Positions 10,180 to 20,753 of a DNA stretch of 64,000 nt are shown in pieces. The DNA is taken from assembly GCA_016180645.1 (NCBI GenBank), contig JACPAV010000006.1, positions 62,001 to 126,000 of the forward strand, read 5' to 3'. The position numbers and the translations under genes are program-made. The DNA comes from Nitrospirota bacterium (lineage in GTDB: Bacteria > JACPQY01). Within the stretch, counting starts at the first letter, position 1. Every line of letters starts with the position of its first letter. The notes beneath the pieces were generated by a model that saw nothing but the letters and a program-made list of their open reading frames with translations, did not search any database and had not been told where the DNA came from.

Positions 10180-10661
10180 GCCGCGTCGCCGATGGTGACG
10201 ATCTTGTATTCCTTGAGCCCCCCGGGCGCTTCCACCTCCACCAGATCACCCGGTTTCTTGCCCAGCATGGCCTTCCCGAGGGGGGACTGAATCGAAATCT
10301 TTCCATCCTTTATGTTGCTTTCCTCGGGGCCCACGAGGAGATAGCGCGTGACCCGCTTGCTCGACGTCTCTTCCAGCGTGACCCGCGAACCGAAAACGGC
10401 CACGTCCGTCCGCGCCATGGAGGGGTCGATCACCACGGCCCGGGCCAACTTGTCCTCCACTTCGAGGATTCGCCCCTCAACCCATCCCTGCCTGTCTTTG
10501 GCGGCCTCGTACTCCGCATTCTCGGAGATGTCTCCGTGCGCCCGCGCATCGATCAACTGCTGAATAACCTTCGGCCGATCCACGCTCTTCAGCTTTCGTA
10601 GTTCTTCTTCAATCTTCTTCTTGCCTTCCGGCGTCATCGGAATGGGCACGTTGTTGCTCAT
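10176..10661 (-). CDS. greA: Transcription elongation factor GreA
   Basis: ARAHGDISENAEYEAAK, ISIQSPLGKA. Confidence 0.97.
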   Translation of the reverse strand: MSNNVPIPMTPEGKKKIEEELRKLKSVDRPKVIQQLIDARAHGDISENAEYEAAKDRQGWVEGRILEVEDKLARAVVIDPSMARTDVAVFGSRVTLEETSSKRVTRYLLVGPEESNIKDGKISIQSPLGKAMLGKKPGDLVEVEAPGGLKEYKIVTIGDAA

Positions 10662-10683
10662 CGTGTGTGGTTCCTCCTTGGTA

Positions 10684-13600
10684 TCAAGCGGCCGCGCTCA
10701 GGTCTCGTTCCTGATAGTAACTTTGCAGGCATTTCACCCCCATCTCCCCCTGGCGGAGGGCCTCCGCCGCGCGCGAGACCGCCTGGGCGCCTTCAACGGT
10801 CGTGTAGTAGGGGATGTTTTTTCGAATCGCCGTCGCTCGGATCGGATACGAGTCCTGAACATCGGCGGCACCGGACGTTGTGTTGATCACAAGCGCCACG
10901 CCTTCCTTCTCCACCAAGTCGAGAATGTTGGGGCTTCCTTCTTTGACTTTCTTGATGATATTTACATGGATCTCGCCACCGGAAGCGGACTCCATGTATT
11001 GGCCTGTGCCGCGCGTGGCGTAGAGCCTGAACCCAAGACGGAAGTACCGCCTGGCCACATCCAGGATCGCCGGTTTGTCCGCGTTTTTCACGCTTAGGAA
11101 GATATTTCCGCTCGAAGGCAGGGGCATTCCGGCGGCAACCTGCGATTTCGCAAATGCGATTTCGAAACGGTCGTCGATCCCCATCACTTCGCCCGTCGAT
11201 TTCATCTCCGGGCCAAGGAGCGGATCCACGCCTGGGAATTTCGTGAAAGGGAGCACGGCCTCCTTCACGCTCACGTAGGAAGGGGTCATCTCTTTGGTGA
11301 ACTTGAGCTCCTCCAGCGTGCGACCCACCAGCACCTTGGTCGCCAGTTTGGCCAGGGGGACCCCGATGGCTTTGCTCACAAACGGGATGGTTCGGGATGC
11401 GCGAGGATTCACTTCGAGGATATAGACCTCCTCGTCCTTCACCGCGAACTGCACGTTCATGAGACCGACAACTCGGAGCGCCGCGGCGAGCCGCTTCGTC
11501 TGCTCCCGGATCTGCTCCGTCACGCGCAGGGAAAGCGAGTACGGCGGCAGCGCGCAGGCGCTGTCTCCCGAGTGGATTCCCGCCTCCTCGATATGTTGCA
11601 TCACTCCGCCGATGACGGTGGTGCGGCCGTCGCTGATGGCGTCCACGTCCACCTCCGTCGCGTCCTTCAAGAACTGATCGATGAGAACCGGATGATCGGG
11701 CGAAACCCAGATCGCCTCCTTCACGTACCGCCCCAGCATGGCCTCATCATAAATGATTTCCATCGCGCGCCCGCCCAGAACGTAGGAGGGACGAGTCAGA
11801 ATAGGATACCCGATCCTGCCGGCCACGGTGAGGGCCTCTTTGAGAGAATAGGCAAGACCGCTCCGCGGCTGCCGGAGCTTCAGCCGGCGGACAAGTTTTG
11901 AAAACAACCCGCGGTCCTCGGCGATATCGATGGAACGCGGTGAGGTTCCGAGAATCGGCACCCGCGCCCTGGCCAGCGGCACCGCGAGCTTGAGCGGCGT
12001 CTGGCCTCCGAACTGGATGATGACGCCCTCCGGCTTCTCGCGACGAATAATGCTCATCACATCTTCGTAGGTCAGCGGCTCGAAGTACAGGCGATCCGAG
12101 GTGTCGTAGTCCGTGCTCACCGTTTCCGGATTGCAGTTGACCATGATGGCTTCGAAATCCTCCTCCCGGAGGGCGAACGAGCCGTGGACACAGCAGTAGT
12201 CGAACTCGATCCCCTGACCGATGCGGTTCGGCCCCCCGCCGAGGATGATGACCTTCTTCCGGCCCGTCGGCGGCATTTCGTCCTCCGATTCGTAGGTCGA
12301 GTACAAGTACGGGGTCTGGGCCTCGAATTCCGCGGCGCACGTATCCACGGCTTTGTATACCGGTTGCACCTTCCATTTCTCCCGCAATACTCGGACCTGC
12401 GATTCAGGCAGACCGGTGAGCTGCCCGATCCGGATGTCGGACAGTCCGATTTCCTTCGCGTGCCGGAGAATGGAACGTCCCCTCGAAACCCGCCCCTTCC
12501 GGAAATCTTCCCGTGCCCGGGCGACGGCGGCCTCCGCATCGATGACCTGGGCCAGATTATCCAGGAACCAGGGATCGACTCCCGTGCGTCGATAGAGATC
12601 CGCAACCGTCACCTTCATCCGAAGGGCTTCCGCCAGCAGCCATAGGCGATCCGACGAAGGCCGTTTGAGCCTGCGAAGAAGCGCCTTCTTTCGCGCTGCC
12701 GGCTTGAGCGAAGCCCAGCTCGCATCCTTCAGGTAGAGCCCATGCACGTCGATCTCGAGGGAACGGACCGCCTTGAGGAGCGATTCCTTGAACGTCCGGC
12801 CGATGGCCATGACCTCCCCCACCGATTTCATCTGCGTGGTCAGCACGTTGTCCGCGGCCTTGAATTTCTCGAAGGTGAAGCGCGGAATTTTCGTCACGAC
12901 GTAGTCGATGGTCGGCTCGAAGCAGGCGGGGGTCTTCTTCGTTATGTCATTCGGGATTTCGTCGAGCGTATATCCCACAGCCAGGAGCGCCGCGATTTTG
13001 GCGATGGGAAAACCCGTCGCCTTGGAAGCCAATGCCGAACTCCGCGAAACACGGGGATTCATCTCGATCGCGAGCACCCGGCCGGTTTTCGGATGCGTGG
13101 CAAATTGGATGTTGGACCCACCGGTATCCACGCCGATTTCGCGGATGATCTTGATCGAGGCATCGCGGAGGATCTGGTACTCCTTGTCGGTCAGCGTCTG
13201 GGCGGGCGCCACGGTGATGCTGTCGCCGGTGTGAACCCCCATCGGATCGAAGTTCTCAATCGGGCAAACGATGACGACGTTGTCTTTTCGATCGCGCATG
13301 ACTTCGAGCTCGTATTCTTTCCATCCCATTACCGATTCTTCCACAAGTACTTTGTGCACGGGACTGAGCTCCAGTGCCCACTCGATGGCTCCCTTGAGCT
13401 GTTTCGGAGTATGCGCGATGCTCCCGCCGGTTCCTCCCAGCGTAAACGATGGACGCAAAATCAGCGGATACCCGACCTCATCCGCAAAATCAGAGGCTTC
13501 CTGCACCGAGCCGACATAGGCGCTCCGCGGACATTCCAGGCCCACCCGGCGCATCGATTCCTTGAACAGCGCGCGGTCCTCTGCCTTCCGGATCGCCTCA

Positions 13601-13977
13601 ACACCCGCGCCGATCATCTCCACATTGAATTTCTTCAAGACACCGCGCTCGGCAAGATCCAATGCGAGATTGAGTCCGGTCTGACCGCCGAGAGTGGGAA
13701 GAAGGGCTTCAGGCCTCTCCCGCTCGATGATTTTGGCCACCGCGTCCACCGTGAGCGGCTCCACGTAGGTTCGGTCCGCAAATTCGGGGTCCGTCATGAT
13801 GGTGGCCGGATTCGAATTCACGAGGATCATCTTGTAGCCCTCTTTGCGGAGGATCTTACAAGCCTGGGTTCCGGAGTAGTCGAATTCACACGCCTGGCCG
13901 ATGACGATCGGGCCGGAGCCGATGAGCAGGATCTTCTCGATGTCCGTCCTCTTAGGCATGCCCAGCCGCCCCCTCAT
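10684..13977 (-). CDS. carB: Carbamoyl-phosphate synthase large subunit
   Basis: [24 protein letters not shown], duplicated ATP-grasp domains; true start probably ATG 13959. Confidence 0.98.
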   Translation of the reverse strand: MRGRLGMPKRTDIEKILLIGSGPIVIGQACEFDYSGTQACKILRKEGYKMILVNSNPATIMTDPEFADRTYVEPLTVDAVAKIIERERPEALLPTLGGQTGLNLALDLAERGVLKKFNVEMIGAGVEAIRKAEDRALFKESMRRVGLECPRSAYVGSVQEASDFADEVGYPLILRPSFTLGGTGGSIAHTPKQLKGAIEWALELSPVHKVLVEESVMGWKEYELEVMRDRKDNVVIVCPIENFDPMGVHTGDSITVAPAQTLTDKEYQILRDASIKIIREIGVDTGGSNIQFATHPKTGRVLAIEMNPRVSRSSALASKATGFPIAKIAALLAVGYTLDEIPNDITKKTPACFEPTIDYVVTKIPRFTFEKFKAADNVLTTQMKSVGEVMAIGRTFKESLLKAVRSLEIDVHGLYLKDASWASLKPAARKKALLRRLKRPSSDRLWLLAEALRMKVTVADLYRRTGVDPWFLDNLAQVIDAEAAVARAREDFRKGRVSRGRSILRHAKEIGLSDIRIGQLTGLPESQVRVLREKWKVQPVYKAVDTCAAEFEAQTPYLYSTYESEDEMPPTGRKKVIILGGGPNRIGQGIEFDYCCVHGSFALREEDFEAIMVNCNPETVSTDYDTSDRLYFEPLTYEDVMSIIRREKPEGVIIQFGGQTPLKLAVPLARARVPILGTSPRSIDIAEDRGLFSKLVRRLKLRQPRSGLAYSLKEALTVAGRIGYPILTRPSYVLGGRAMEIIYDEAMLGRYVKEAIWVSPDHPVLIDQFLKDATEVDVDAISDGRTTVIGGVMQHIEEAGIHSGDSACALPPYSLSLRVTEQIREQTKRLAAALRVVGLMNVQFAVKDEEVYILEVNPRASRTIPFVSKAIGVPLAKLATKVLVGRTLEELKFTKEMTPSYVSVKEAVLPFTKFPGVDPLLGPEMKSTGEVMGIDDRFEIAFAKSQVAAGMPLPSSGNIFLSVKNADKPAILDVARRYFRLGFRLYATRGTGQYMESASGGEIHVNIIKKVKEGSPNILDLVEKEGVALVINTTSGAADVQDSYPIRATAIRKNIPYYTTVEGAQAVSRAAEALRQGEMGVKCLQSYYQERDLSAAA

Positions 13978-15202
13978 CCATCATCTTGAGGAACCGGTCG
14001 AAAAGGTAGCTCGCGTCATGCGGCCCAGGGGACGCCTCGGGGTGGTACTGCACGGAGAAGACCTGCAGCTCCGTGTGCCGCATCCCCTCCACAGTCCGAT
14101 CATTCAGATTGAGGTGCGTGATTTTCAGTCCCTTTGCGAGTGAATTATCGGCCGTCATGCCCACCGTCCGTGGATCGACGGCGAAACCATGGTTCTGGCT
14201 CGTGATCTCAATCTTTCCCGTTTCCAAGTCCGCCACGGGGTGGTTCGCTCCATGGTGTCCATATTTCAGCTTGAACGTTTTCCCGCCGAACGCCAGTCCC
14301 AGGATCTGGTGCCCGAGGCAGATGCCGAAGATCGGTTTCTTCCCCAGCAGTTTTCTCACGTTCTCGATGGCGTATGTGACGGCTTCGGGATCACCCGGCC
14401 CGTTGGACAGAAAGATGCCGTCCGGCTTCCATTCGAGAACTTGCTCGGCGGACGTGGAGGCCGGGACCACTCGAACCCTGCACCCGGCTGAGGCCAACAT
14501 GCGAAGGATATTCCACTTGATCCCGTAGTCGAAGGCGACGACGTTGAACGATCGTTGGCGCTCATCCCCACCCTCACCCTCCCCCTTCGAGGGGGAGGGG
14601 AATTCTTGAGGCCCTTCCCCCCTTGAGGGGGAAGGTGCGGATGGGGGGGTCCGAAGGACGCCCTTCCAGTCGAAGGCTGTTGGCGTCGTGACATCGCGCA
14701 CCAGATCGACACCTACGATGCTCGGAAGGGCGCGCGCTTTTTCCGCCAAAGTTTTCGGATCAAGCATTTCAGTGGAGATGATTCCCTGCATGGCGCCTCG
14801 CTCACGCAGCCGGCGCACGAGCGCGCGGGTATCCAGGCCCTGAATGCCCACGATTCCGTGTTTCTCCAGATAGCGCCCGAGCGAGCCGCCCGAGCGGAAA
14901 TTGCTGGGCCGGTCCCAATACTCTTTCACGATGAATCCCTGGACATGGGGCTTGGATGACTCTACGTCATCCTCGTTCACGCCATAGTTTCCGATTTCGG
15001 GATAGGTCATGACCACGAACTGGCCGCGATAGGAGGGGTCCGTCAGGATCTCCTGGTAGCCGGTCATCGCCGTGTTGAAAACCACCTCGCCCGTGGTTTC
15101 GCCTTCCGAACCGAAGTTCGTGCCCTCATAGATTGTTCCATCCGCAAGGGCGAGCAGCGCGGGGCGAGGTCTTCCAGCGCGGAGGAACTTGGCTTTTCTC
15201 AT
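13952..15202 (-). CDS. carA: Carbamoyl-phosphate synthase small subunit
   Basis: [40 protein letters not shown]. Confidence 0.98.
   Translation of the reverse strand: MRKAKFLRAGRPRPALLALADGTIYEGTNFGSEGETTGEVVFNTAMTGYQEILTDPSYRGQFVVMTYPEIGNYGVNEDDVESSKPHVQGFIVKEYWDRPSNFRSGGSLGRYLEKHGIVGIQGLDTRALVRRLRERGAMQGIISTEMLDPKTLAEKARALPSIVGVDLVRDVTTPTAFDWKGVLRTPPSAPSPSRGEGPQEFPSPSKGEGEGGDERQRSFNVVAFDYGIKWNILRMLASAGCRVRVVPASTSAEQVLEWKPDGIFLSNGPGDPEAVTYAIENVRKLLGKKPIFGICLGHQILGLAFGGKTFKLKYGHHGANHPVADLETGKIEITSQNHGFAVDPRTVGMTADNSLAKGLKITHLNLNDRTVEGMRHTELQVFSVQYHPEASPGPHDASYLFDRFLKMMDEGAAGHA
14561..14652. repeat. Palindromic REP-like element (CCCTCCCCC..GGGGGAGGG family), in frame within carA
   Basis: Two G/C hairpins; near-identical copies at 19565-19650 and 30910-31045. 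Confidence 0.85.
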
Positions 15203-16635
15203 GCCGTCAGCGGGGTGTCCTGCTCCGGTTCGGAAGCATGACCTTCGGACGACGGATCAGCCAGACTCGCGGCCGTGCCAAAAGGTCTCGCCCAATCCGC
15301 CCGGTAACTCATGGTCCCCATACCGATGGTGTACGCCGTGTCTCCCGTGAAAGTCCAGTTCTCAAAGGCGGAGTTCCGGCTCTTCGATCTCAGCTCCGCC
15401 GCTTTCACCGTCCAACTCCGATGGGGGTCGAAAATCGCCAGAGAGGCCGGCCTGCCCTCCAGGATGCGCCCGTGGGAAAGATTGAAAACCTTGGAAGGAT
15501 TCAAGGACATCTTCTCCGCAAGCTGGAGATACGTCAGGACGCCTTTGTGCACGAGGAAAAGCCCGACCGCCAGGGCCGTCTCCAGTCCAATGACGCCAAA
15601 TGGAGCCGACGCAAACTCCACGCTCTTGTCATCCGCGGAATGCGGCGCGTGATCGGTAGCGATACAATCGATCGTTCCATCCTGGAGACCGTGGGCGAGC
15701 GCTTCGCCGTCCTTGATCGTTCGGAGGGGCGGATTCATCTTGAAATGGGTGTTGTACCCACCGTCGGCCATGAGCGATTCGTGCGTCAGCAGGAGATGGT
15801 GGGGCGTCACCTCCGCCGTCACCGGAAGCCCGTCATGCTTGGCCCGTCGGACCAGCTCCACGCTTCCCGCCGTGCTGATATGGGCAAGATGGAGCCGGGC
15901 CCCCGTCAATCCCGCCAGATGAATGTCACGCGACACCATGATCTCTTCCGCCTCGGCGGGCATGCCCTCCAGACCGAGTCGGGTTGAAACGACTCCCTCG
16001 TGCATAACGCCATGCGGGCACAAGGTCGAGTCTTCGCAGTGGGAGACGACCGGCAGGCCGAACGTCCGCGCATATTCGAGCGCCCGGCGCATGAGTCCTG
16101 AATCCAGAACCGGCTTGCCGTCGTCGCTCACGGCCACGATGCCGCCGCTTTTCATGTCGCCGATCTCGGCGAGTTCTTTTCCCTGAAGCCCCTTGCTCGC
16201 CGCGCCGATCGGATGAACCTGCACGCCTTTGACCTCCGCGGCCTTCTTGAGAATGAATTCGGTAACCGCTCGGCAGTCGTTCACGGGCTGCGTATTCGCC
16301 ATCGCGCACACGGCGGTGAATCCGCCCCGCGCCGCCGCCGCGCACCCTGTTTTGACCGTCTCCTTGTACTCAAATCCCGGTTCGCGAAGATGGACGTGCA
16401 CATCCACGAGTCCCGGGAAGATCACAAGATCCCGCCCGTTGAGCACATCCAGCGACGAGCCCCTCATCCGGGCCCGCGCCCGTAGCACCTGTTGTTCCGC
16501 TTCCGCTCGGGCAATTTTCTTGACCAGTCCGTCTTCGATCAGTACGGATGCCGTTCCATCACTGTGCCGGTCGGGATCCACGAGCCGGATGGAATCGATG
16601 AGGAGGTTCAGGGGCCGATTCGCGTTGTCCATCAC
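15199..16635 (-). CDS. pyrC: Dihydroorotase
   Basis: [31 protein letters not shown]. Confidence 0.96.
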   Translation of the reverse strand: MMDNANRPLNLLIDSIRLVDPDRHSDGTASVLIEDGLVKKIARAEAEQQVLRARARMRGSSLDVLNGRDLVIFPGLVDVHVHLREPGFEYKETVKTGCAAAARGGFTAVCAMANTQPVNDCRAVTEFILKKAAEVKGVQVHPIGAASKGLQGKELAEIGDMKSGGIVAVSDDGKPVLDSGLMRRALEYARTFGLPVVSHCEDSTLCPHGVMHEGVVSTRLGLEGMPAEAEEIMVSRDIHLAGLTGARLHLAHISTAGSVELVRRAKHDGLPVTAEVTPHHLLLTHESLMADGGYNTHFKMNPPLRTIKDGEALAHGLQDGTIDCIATDHAPHSADDKSVEFASAPFGVIGLETALAVGLFLVHKGVLTYLQLAEKMSLNPSKVFNLSHGRILEGRPASLAIFDPHRSWTVKAAELRSKSRNSAFENWTFTGDTAYTIGMGTMSYRADWARPFGTAASLADPSSEGHASEPEQDTPLTA

Positions 16636-16637
16636 CG

Positions 16638-17579
16638 TCAGTTCACCGAGGTTCCGCGACCGATGAGGAGGTAGAGGACGGCCATCCTCACGGCCACGCC
16701 GTTTTCAACTTGTTCGAGGATGACCGACGCCTCTCCATCGGCCACCTCGCTGGCGATTTCGATGCCCCGGTTCATGGGGCCGGGGTGCAAAATGATCGCA
16801 CCCTTCCGGGCCTTTCCGAGCCTCTGGGCATTCAGACCGAACATTTGTGCATATTCGCGGACGCTCGGGAAAAGCGTTCCGCTCCCACGCTCCATTTGTA
16901 TCCGAAGCATCATGATCACGTCCGCGCCATCGATGGCCTCGTCCATGTCCGTGGTGACGCGCGCGCCAAGGCGGTCGATCTCGCGCGGAATCATGGTCCC
17001 GGGTCCGCAGAGCCACACCACGGCCCCCATCCGCGTGAAAGCAAAGAGATTGGAGCGGGCCACGCGGCTGTGCGCGATGTCTCCAATGATGGCGATCTTC
17101 ATTCCTTCGACCGGCCCCTTGTTCTCCTCCACCGTCATCAGATCCAGGAGGGCCTGCGTGGGATGTTCGTGCGAGCCGTCACCGGCATTGATCACCGCGG
17201 CCTTCACCGCCTTGGAAAGAAGGACGGGCGCGCCCGAGGCGGAGTGGCGGATCACGATGGCGTCCGGGGCCATCGCTTCGAGGTTCCGGGCGGTGTCCGC
17301 GAGGGTCTCACCTTTGGAGAGGCTCGATCCGGTCGCGCTGAAGGAGAGCGTATCGGCCGAAAGCCGTTTGGCGGCGATTTCGAAGGAGGACCGCGTGCGG
17401 GTGCTGGATTCCAGGAAAAGATTCACGATGGTCTTGCCGCGGAGCGCGGGGACTTTCTTTATGGCCCGCTGCGAAACCGACTTCATCGACTTGGCGGTAT
17501 CGACAATCGTCCGGATATCAGATTTTGTCAGGGGCTCGATCCCCCAGAGATGCTTCACGCTCAATTGGGCCATGGTCAA
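16638..17579 (-). CDS. pyrB: Aspartate carbamoyltransferase catalytic subunit
   Basis: [34 protein letters not shown]. Confidence 0.97.
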   Translation of the reverse strand: MTMAQLSVKHLWGIEPLTKSDIRTIVDTAKSMKSVSQRAIKKVPALRGKTIVNLFLESSTRTRSSFEIAAKRLSADTLSFSATGSSLSKGETLADTARNLEAMAPDAIVIRHSASGAPVLLSKAVKAAVINAGDGSHEHPTQALLDLMTVEENKGPVEGMKIAIIGDIAHSRVARSNLFAFTRMGAVVWLCGPGTMIPREIDRLGARVTTDMDEAIDGADVIMMLRIQMERGSGTLFPSVREYAQMFGLNAQRLGKARKGAIILHPGPMNRGIEIASEVADGEASVILEQVENGVAVRMAVLYLLIGRGTSVN

Positions 17580-18181
17580 CCCTCCACCACCACCTGATCC
17601 TTGCCGTCCTCCTCGGCAAGCATGACTTTAACTTTCTCGTCCCTGGAGGTCGGAATGTTTTTGCCCACGTAGTCGGCCTTGATGGGAAGCTCGCGGTGCC
17701 CGCGGTCGATGAGCACGGCGAGCTGGATGCTCTTCGGCCGACCGAAATCCACCAGCGCGTCCATGGCCGACCGCACCGTGCGGCCGGTGAAGAGCACGTC
17801 GTCCACGAGGACCACGATCTTGTCAGCCAGATCAAAGCTAATTTCCGTGCTCTTGAGTTCCGGCTGATTCTCACGATGGTCTAGGTCGTCGCGGTAAAGC
17901 GTGATGTCCACGGTTCCAAGAGGCGGTGATACATTTTCGATCTTGAGGATTTCATCGCGAAGACGCTGGGCCATCGTCACGCCGCGCGTCCGGACGCCGA
18001 TCAAGCTCAGACCGTCGAGGCCGTGATTGCGTTCAAGGATTTCATGGGCGATTCGCGCAAGGGCACGGCGAATTTCGTCGGCGGAGAGGACGGTACGGGA
18101 AGGCACTGGAGCACCGTGGGAACTCTTCGGGGGGGCCGCCTGAGCGGCGTAGGGACTCCTTGCTGATCGTGGCGTCGTCAT
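17576..18181 (-). CDS. pyrR: Pyrimidine operon regulator/uracil phosphoribosyltransferase PyrR
   Basis: [36 protein letters not shown]. Confidence 0.97.
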   Translation of the reverse strand: MTTPRSARSPYAAQAAPPKSSHGAPVPSRTVLSADEIRRALARIAHEILERNHGLDGLSLIGVRTRGVTMAQRLRDEILKIENVSPPLGTVDITLYRDDLDHRENQPELKSTEISFDLADKIVVLVDDVLFTGRTVRSAMDALVDFGRPKSIQLAVLIDRGHRELPIKADYVGKNIPTSRDEKVKVMLAEEDGKDQVVVEG

Positions 18182-18186
18182 ATCGC

Positions 18187-18218
18187 CCTTTCCGGTCTCT
18201 CCGGACCGGATTAAAAGG
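18187..18218 (-). promoter_or_regulatory. PyrR-binding RNA loop
   Basis: Minus strand CCTTTTAATCCGGTCCGGAGAGACCGGAAAGG matches the PyrR-site pattern (CUUUAA..UCCnGnGAG..AAGG). Confidence 0.8.
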
Positions 18219-18226
18219 TCAGGGCC

Positions 18227-18254
18227 ACTATAGCGCCGTCTGGGAACTTGTCAA
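18227..18254 (-). promoter_or_regulatory. Sigma70 promoter of the pyr operon
   Basis: TTGACA(18254-18249)-16 bp-TATAGT(18232-18227). Confidence 0.75.
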
Positions 18255-18295
18255 ATCATTCCATACAGCCACTCGGACCATCGCGGCGGCGCGGG

Positions 18296-18637
18296 TTACA
18301 GTTGAAGCAGCGTCCGGAGCACGTCCTCCACAGAGATCAGGGTCCTCGCGGAAACCATGCCGCGCCGCTTGACCAATCTTTCCTTGGCGATCGATCGGAT
18401 GCCTTCGCACATGGCGACGCTCGTTTTTCCGAGCCCTCCCTCCGGCGCGCCGAGGAGGATTTGCGAGGGAATTCCCCGGAGCGTCGAGGTGACGGGAAGC
18501 GCAATGACCAGGCCCGATGGCCCTCGGTTGAAGATGTCGTGAGACACGACCAAGACCGGTCGAAACCCGGCCTGCTCCCGGCCTCGAGTCGGATTGAGGT
18601 CCGCCATCCAGATTTCACCACGCAGGGGGGGAGTCAC
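18296..18637 (-). CDS. PemK/MazF family endoribonuclease toxin
   Basis: RGEIWMADLNPTRGREQAGFRPVLVVS. Confidence 0.93.
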   Translation of the reverse strand: MTPPLRGEIWMADLNPTRGREQAGFRPVLVVSHDIFNRGPSGLVIALPVTSTLRGIPSQILLGAPEGGLGKTSVAMCEGIRSIAKERLVKRRGMVSARTLISVEDVLRTLLQL

Positions 18638-18933
18638 TTCTCCGGCCTCCTCCTCCTACCCCTACCCGGCCTCCTACCGATAGGGTGTTCCGCCTCCAAT
18701 CCATCGGCCAACGTCTGGTCCCACACTTCCCGTTCCTCTCCGATCTGCTGCCGCTCCAGGGGATCGCCGAGAGTCCGGGCATAGGCGCGGTTCACATCCT
18801 CAAGAAGCCGCTCGCGCCGGTAGTGCTCCACGGCACGACCCACCAGCACTTGCATGGATTCCTGCGAATCAGCCGCCATTTTCCGCAGAAGCGCATGGGT
18901 TTCGGGGCTCAACCGCACAAGGGGCGTAGCCAT
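18634..18933 (-). CDS. Cognate antitoxin (MazE-like, RHH)
   Basis: Overlaps toxin start by 4 nt; WDQTLADGL C-terminal motif. Confidence 0.8.
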   Translation of the reverse strand: MATPLVRLSPETHALLRKMAADSQESMQVLVGRAVEHYRRERLLEDVNRAYARTLGDPLERQQIGEEREVWDQTLADGLEAEHPIGRRPGRGRRRRPEK

Positions 18934-18947
18934 CAGGGTCCTCCTTC

Positions 18948-18968
18948 TGTATACAATTCAGTATACAA
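18948..18968. promoter_or_regulatory. Putative antitoxin operator
   Basis: Palindrome TGTATACA then GTATACAA repeated with 12-bp period upstream of the antitoxin. Confidence 0.5.
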
Positions 18969-19077
18969 TATAGAATACCCATGTGTCCACTCCACATGGG
19001 TTCGCCGAAGACGTGGAACCTTCGACCGGGCCACCTCCGCAGGTTGTCTCGCGGGCGACAGCGGCTATAATCCCGAC

Positions 19078-19545
19078 GTGACGCTCCACGAAGATTTCAT
19101 GCGCTCGGCCATCGAGGAGGCCCGCGCCGCCGCCGCGAAGGCGGAGGTCCCCATCGGGGCGGTCATCGTGAAGAATGATCAGGTGGTCGTCCGCGCCCAC
19201 AATTTGAGGGAGAGCGCGCAGGATCCCACCGCGCATGCCGAGCTCCTGGCGATCAAGGAGGCCGCCGCGAAGGAAGGAAGTTGGCGGCTGACCGACGCGA
19301 CGATGTATGTGACGCTCGAACCCTGCATCATGTGCGTGGGAGCGATCCTTCTCGCCCGGATCCCGCGTCTTGTTTTCGGAGCGCGCGACGAAAAGGCCGG
19401 TGCGGCCGGCTCGCTTTATGACATTCCGAAGGACAAGCGCCTCTCCCATCGCATGACGGTCGTCGGCGGCATCCTGGAACGGGAGTGCGCGGATCTTCTC
19501 ACCACGTTCTTCAAAGAACTCCGAAAGGCCTCGACTCCCACATGA
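19078..19545 (+). CDS. tadA: tRNA adenosine(34) deaminase
   Basis: EVPIGAV, DPTAHAE, TLEPCIMC; start GTG 19078 or ATG 19099. Confidence 0.95.
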   Translation: MTLHEDFMRSAIEEARAAAAKAEVPIGAVIVKNDQVVVRAHNLRESAQDPTAHAELLAIKEAAAKEGSWRLTDATMYVTLEPCIMCVGAILLARIPRLVFGARDEKAGAAGSLYDIPKDKRLSHRMTVVGGILERECADLLTTFFKELRKASTPT

Positions 19546-19564
19546 CCTCATCGTCGGCTGCGTT

Positions 19565-19650
19565 CTCACCCCCACCCCTACCCTCCCCCGTCAAGGAGGA
19601 GGGAAATTGGATCCCTTCCCCCCTAGCGGGGGAAGGTCAGGATGGGGGGC
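19565..19650. repeat. Palindromic REP-like element, intergenic copy
   Basis: Same arms as 14561-14652. Confidence 0.85.
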
Positions 19651-19655
19651 GCTAG

Positions 19656-20702
19656 ATGGCTTCAGGCTGGATTTCTCACGCCATGGCCGCAGGCCGATTC
19701 GTCCTGGTTTTTGGCGTCGTCCTTGCCACGGGACTTCTCGTCCGGCGATTTGCATTCCGCGGCCTCACCCGATGGGCCGAGCGAACGGCCTGGAAATGGG
19801 ACGACATCCTCGTCTCGGCGCTCCGAAAGCCCACTGGGGCATGGATCGTACTAATCGCGGCCTACGGCGCACTCGGCACAGCCGAGTTTTCCGCGCGGCT
19901 CTTCCGAGTTTTCAACAGTGCCCTCCTCACGCTGCTAATCCTCTCCATCCTCGTGGCGGCCACGAAGACAACAACCGGCATCATCCGCGAGTATGCCTCG
20001 CGCGTCCCGAACTTTCCGCGGACGACGCTGATCACCCACATTCTCAACGGCGTCATCATCGCCATCGGTGTCCTCATGCTGCTCAGCCACTTCGGCATTT
20101 CGATCACCCCCATCCTCACGGCCCTCGGCGTAGGCGGCCTCGCCGTGGCGCTCGGACTTCAAGAGACACTCTCGAATGTCTTTTCAGGACTCTACATCAC
20201 CGTCGCCCGGAAGGTGCGGATCGGGGATTTTGTGCGCCTCGAATCCGGACAGGAGGGCACCGTCAAAGACATCGGCTGGCGGCAGGTGAGCATCGAAGAA
20301 CTTCCCGGAAACCTCGTCATTGTTCCCAACAACAGGTTTGCCCAAGCGATCATGACCAACTTCAGCCTCCCCGGCTCGGATACCGCCGTTCTCATCCAAG
20401 GCGGGGTGGCGTACGGATCAAATCTCGAGAAAGTCGAACAGGTCACACTCGAAGTGGCTCGGGAAGTCCTGTGCTCTACGGCGGGTGGTGTAGCGGATTT
20501 CCAGCCCCTCGTCCGATTCCACACTTTCGCGGATTCCAGCATCAATTTCACCACGGTACTTCGGGCCAGGACGTTTCCCGATCAACATATCCTCAAGCAC
20601 GAGTTCATCAAGCGCATCCACGATCGGTACGCCCGCGAAGGCATCAAAATCCCCTTCCCCGTCCGCACCGTCCACCTTAACCGCGCGGACGAAAAGATCT
20701 GA
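19656..20702 (+). CDS. Small-conductance mechanosensitive channel, MscS family
   Basis: TALGVGGLAVALGLQETLSNVFSG, IVPN, GIKIPFP. Confidence 0.93.
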   Translation: MASGWISHAMAAGRFVLVFGVVLATGLLVRRFAFRGLTRWAERTAWKWDDILVSALRKPTGAWIVLIAAYGALGTAEFSARLFRVFNSALLTLLILSILVAATKTTTGIIREYASRVPNFPRTTLITHILNGVIIAIGVLMLLSHFGISITPILTALGVGGLAVALGLQETLSNVFSGLYITVARKVRIGDFVRLESGQEGTVKDIGWRQVSIEELPGNLVIVPNNRFAQAIMTNFSLPGSDTAVLIQGGVAYGSNLEKVEQVTLEVAREVLCSTAGGVADFQPLVRFHTFADSSINFTTVLRARTFPDQHILKHEFIKRIHDRYAREGIKIPFPVRTVHLNRADEKI

Positions 20703-20753
20703 TATAATTCGGTACCTTCTGGAGAGACGAACAGAGGGCGTTGGACGAGTGGC

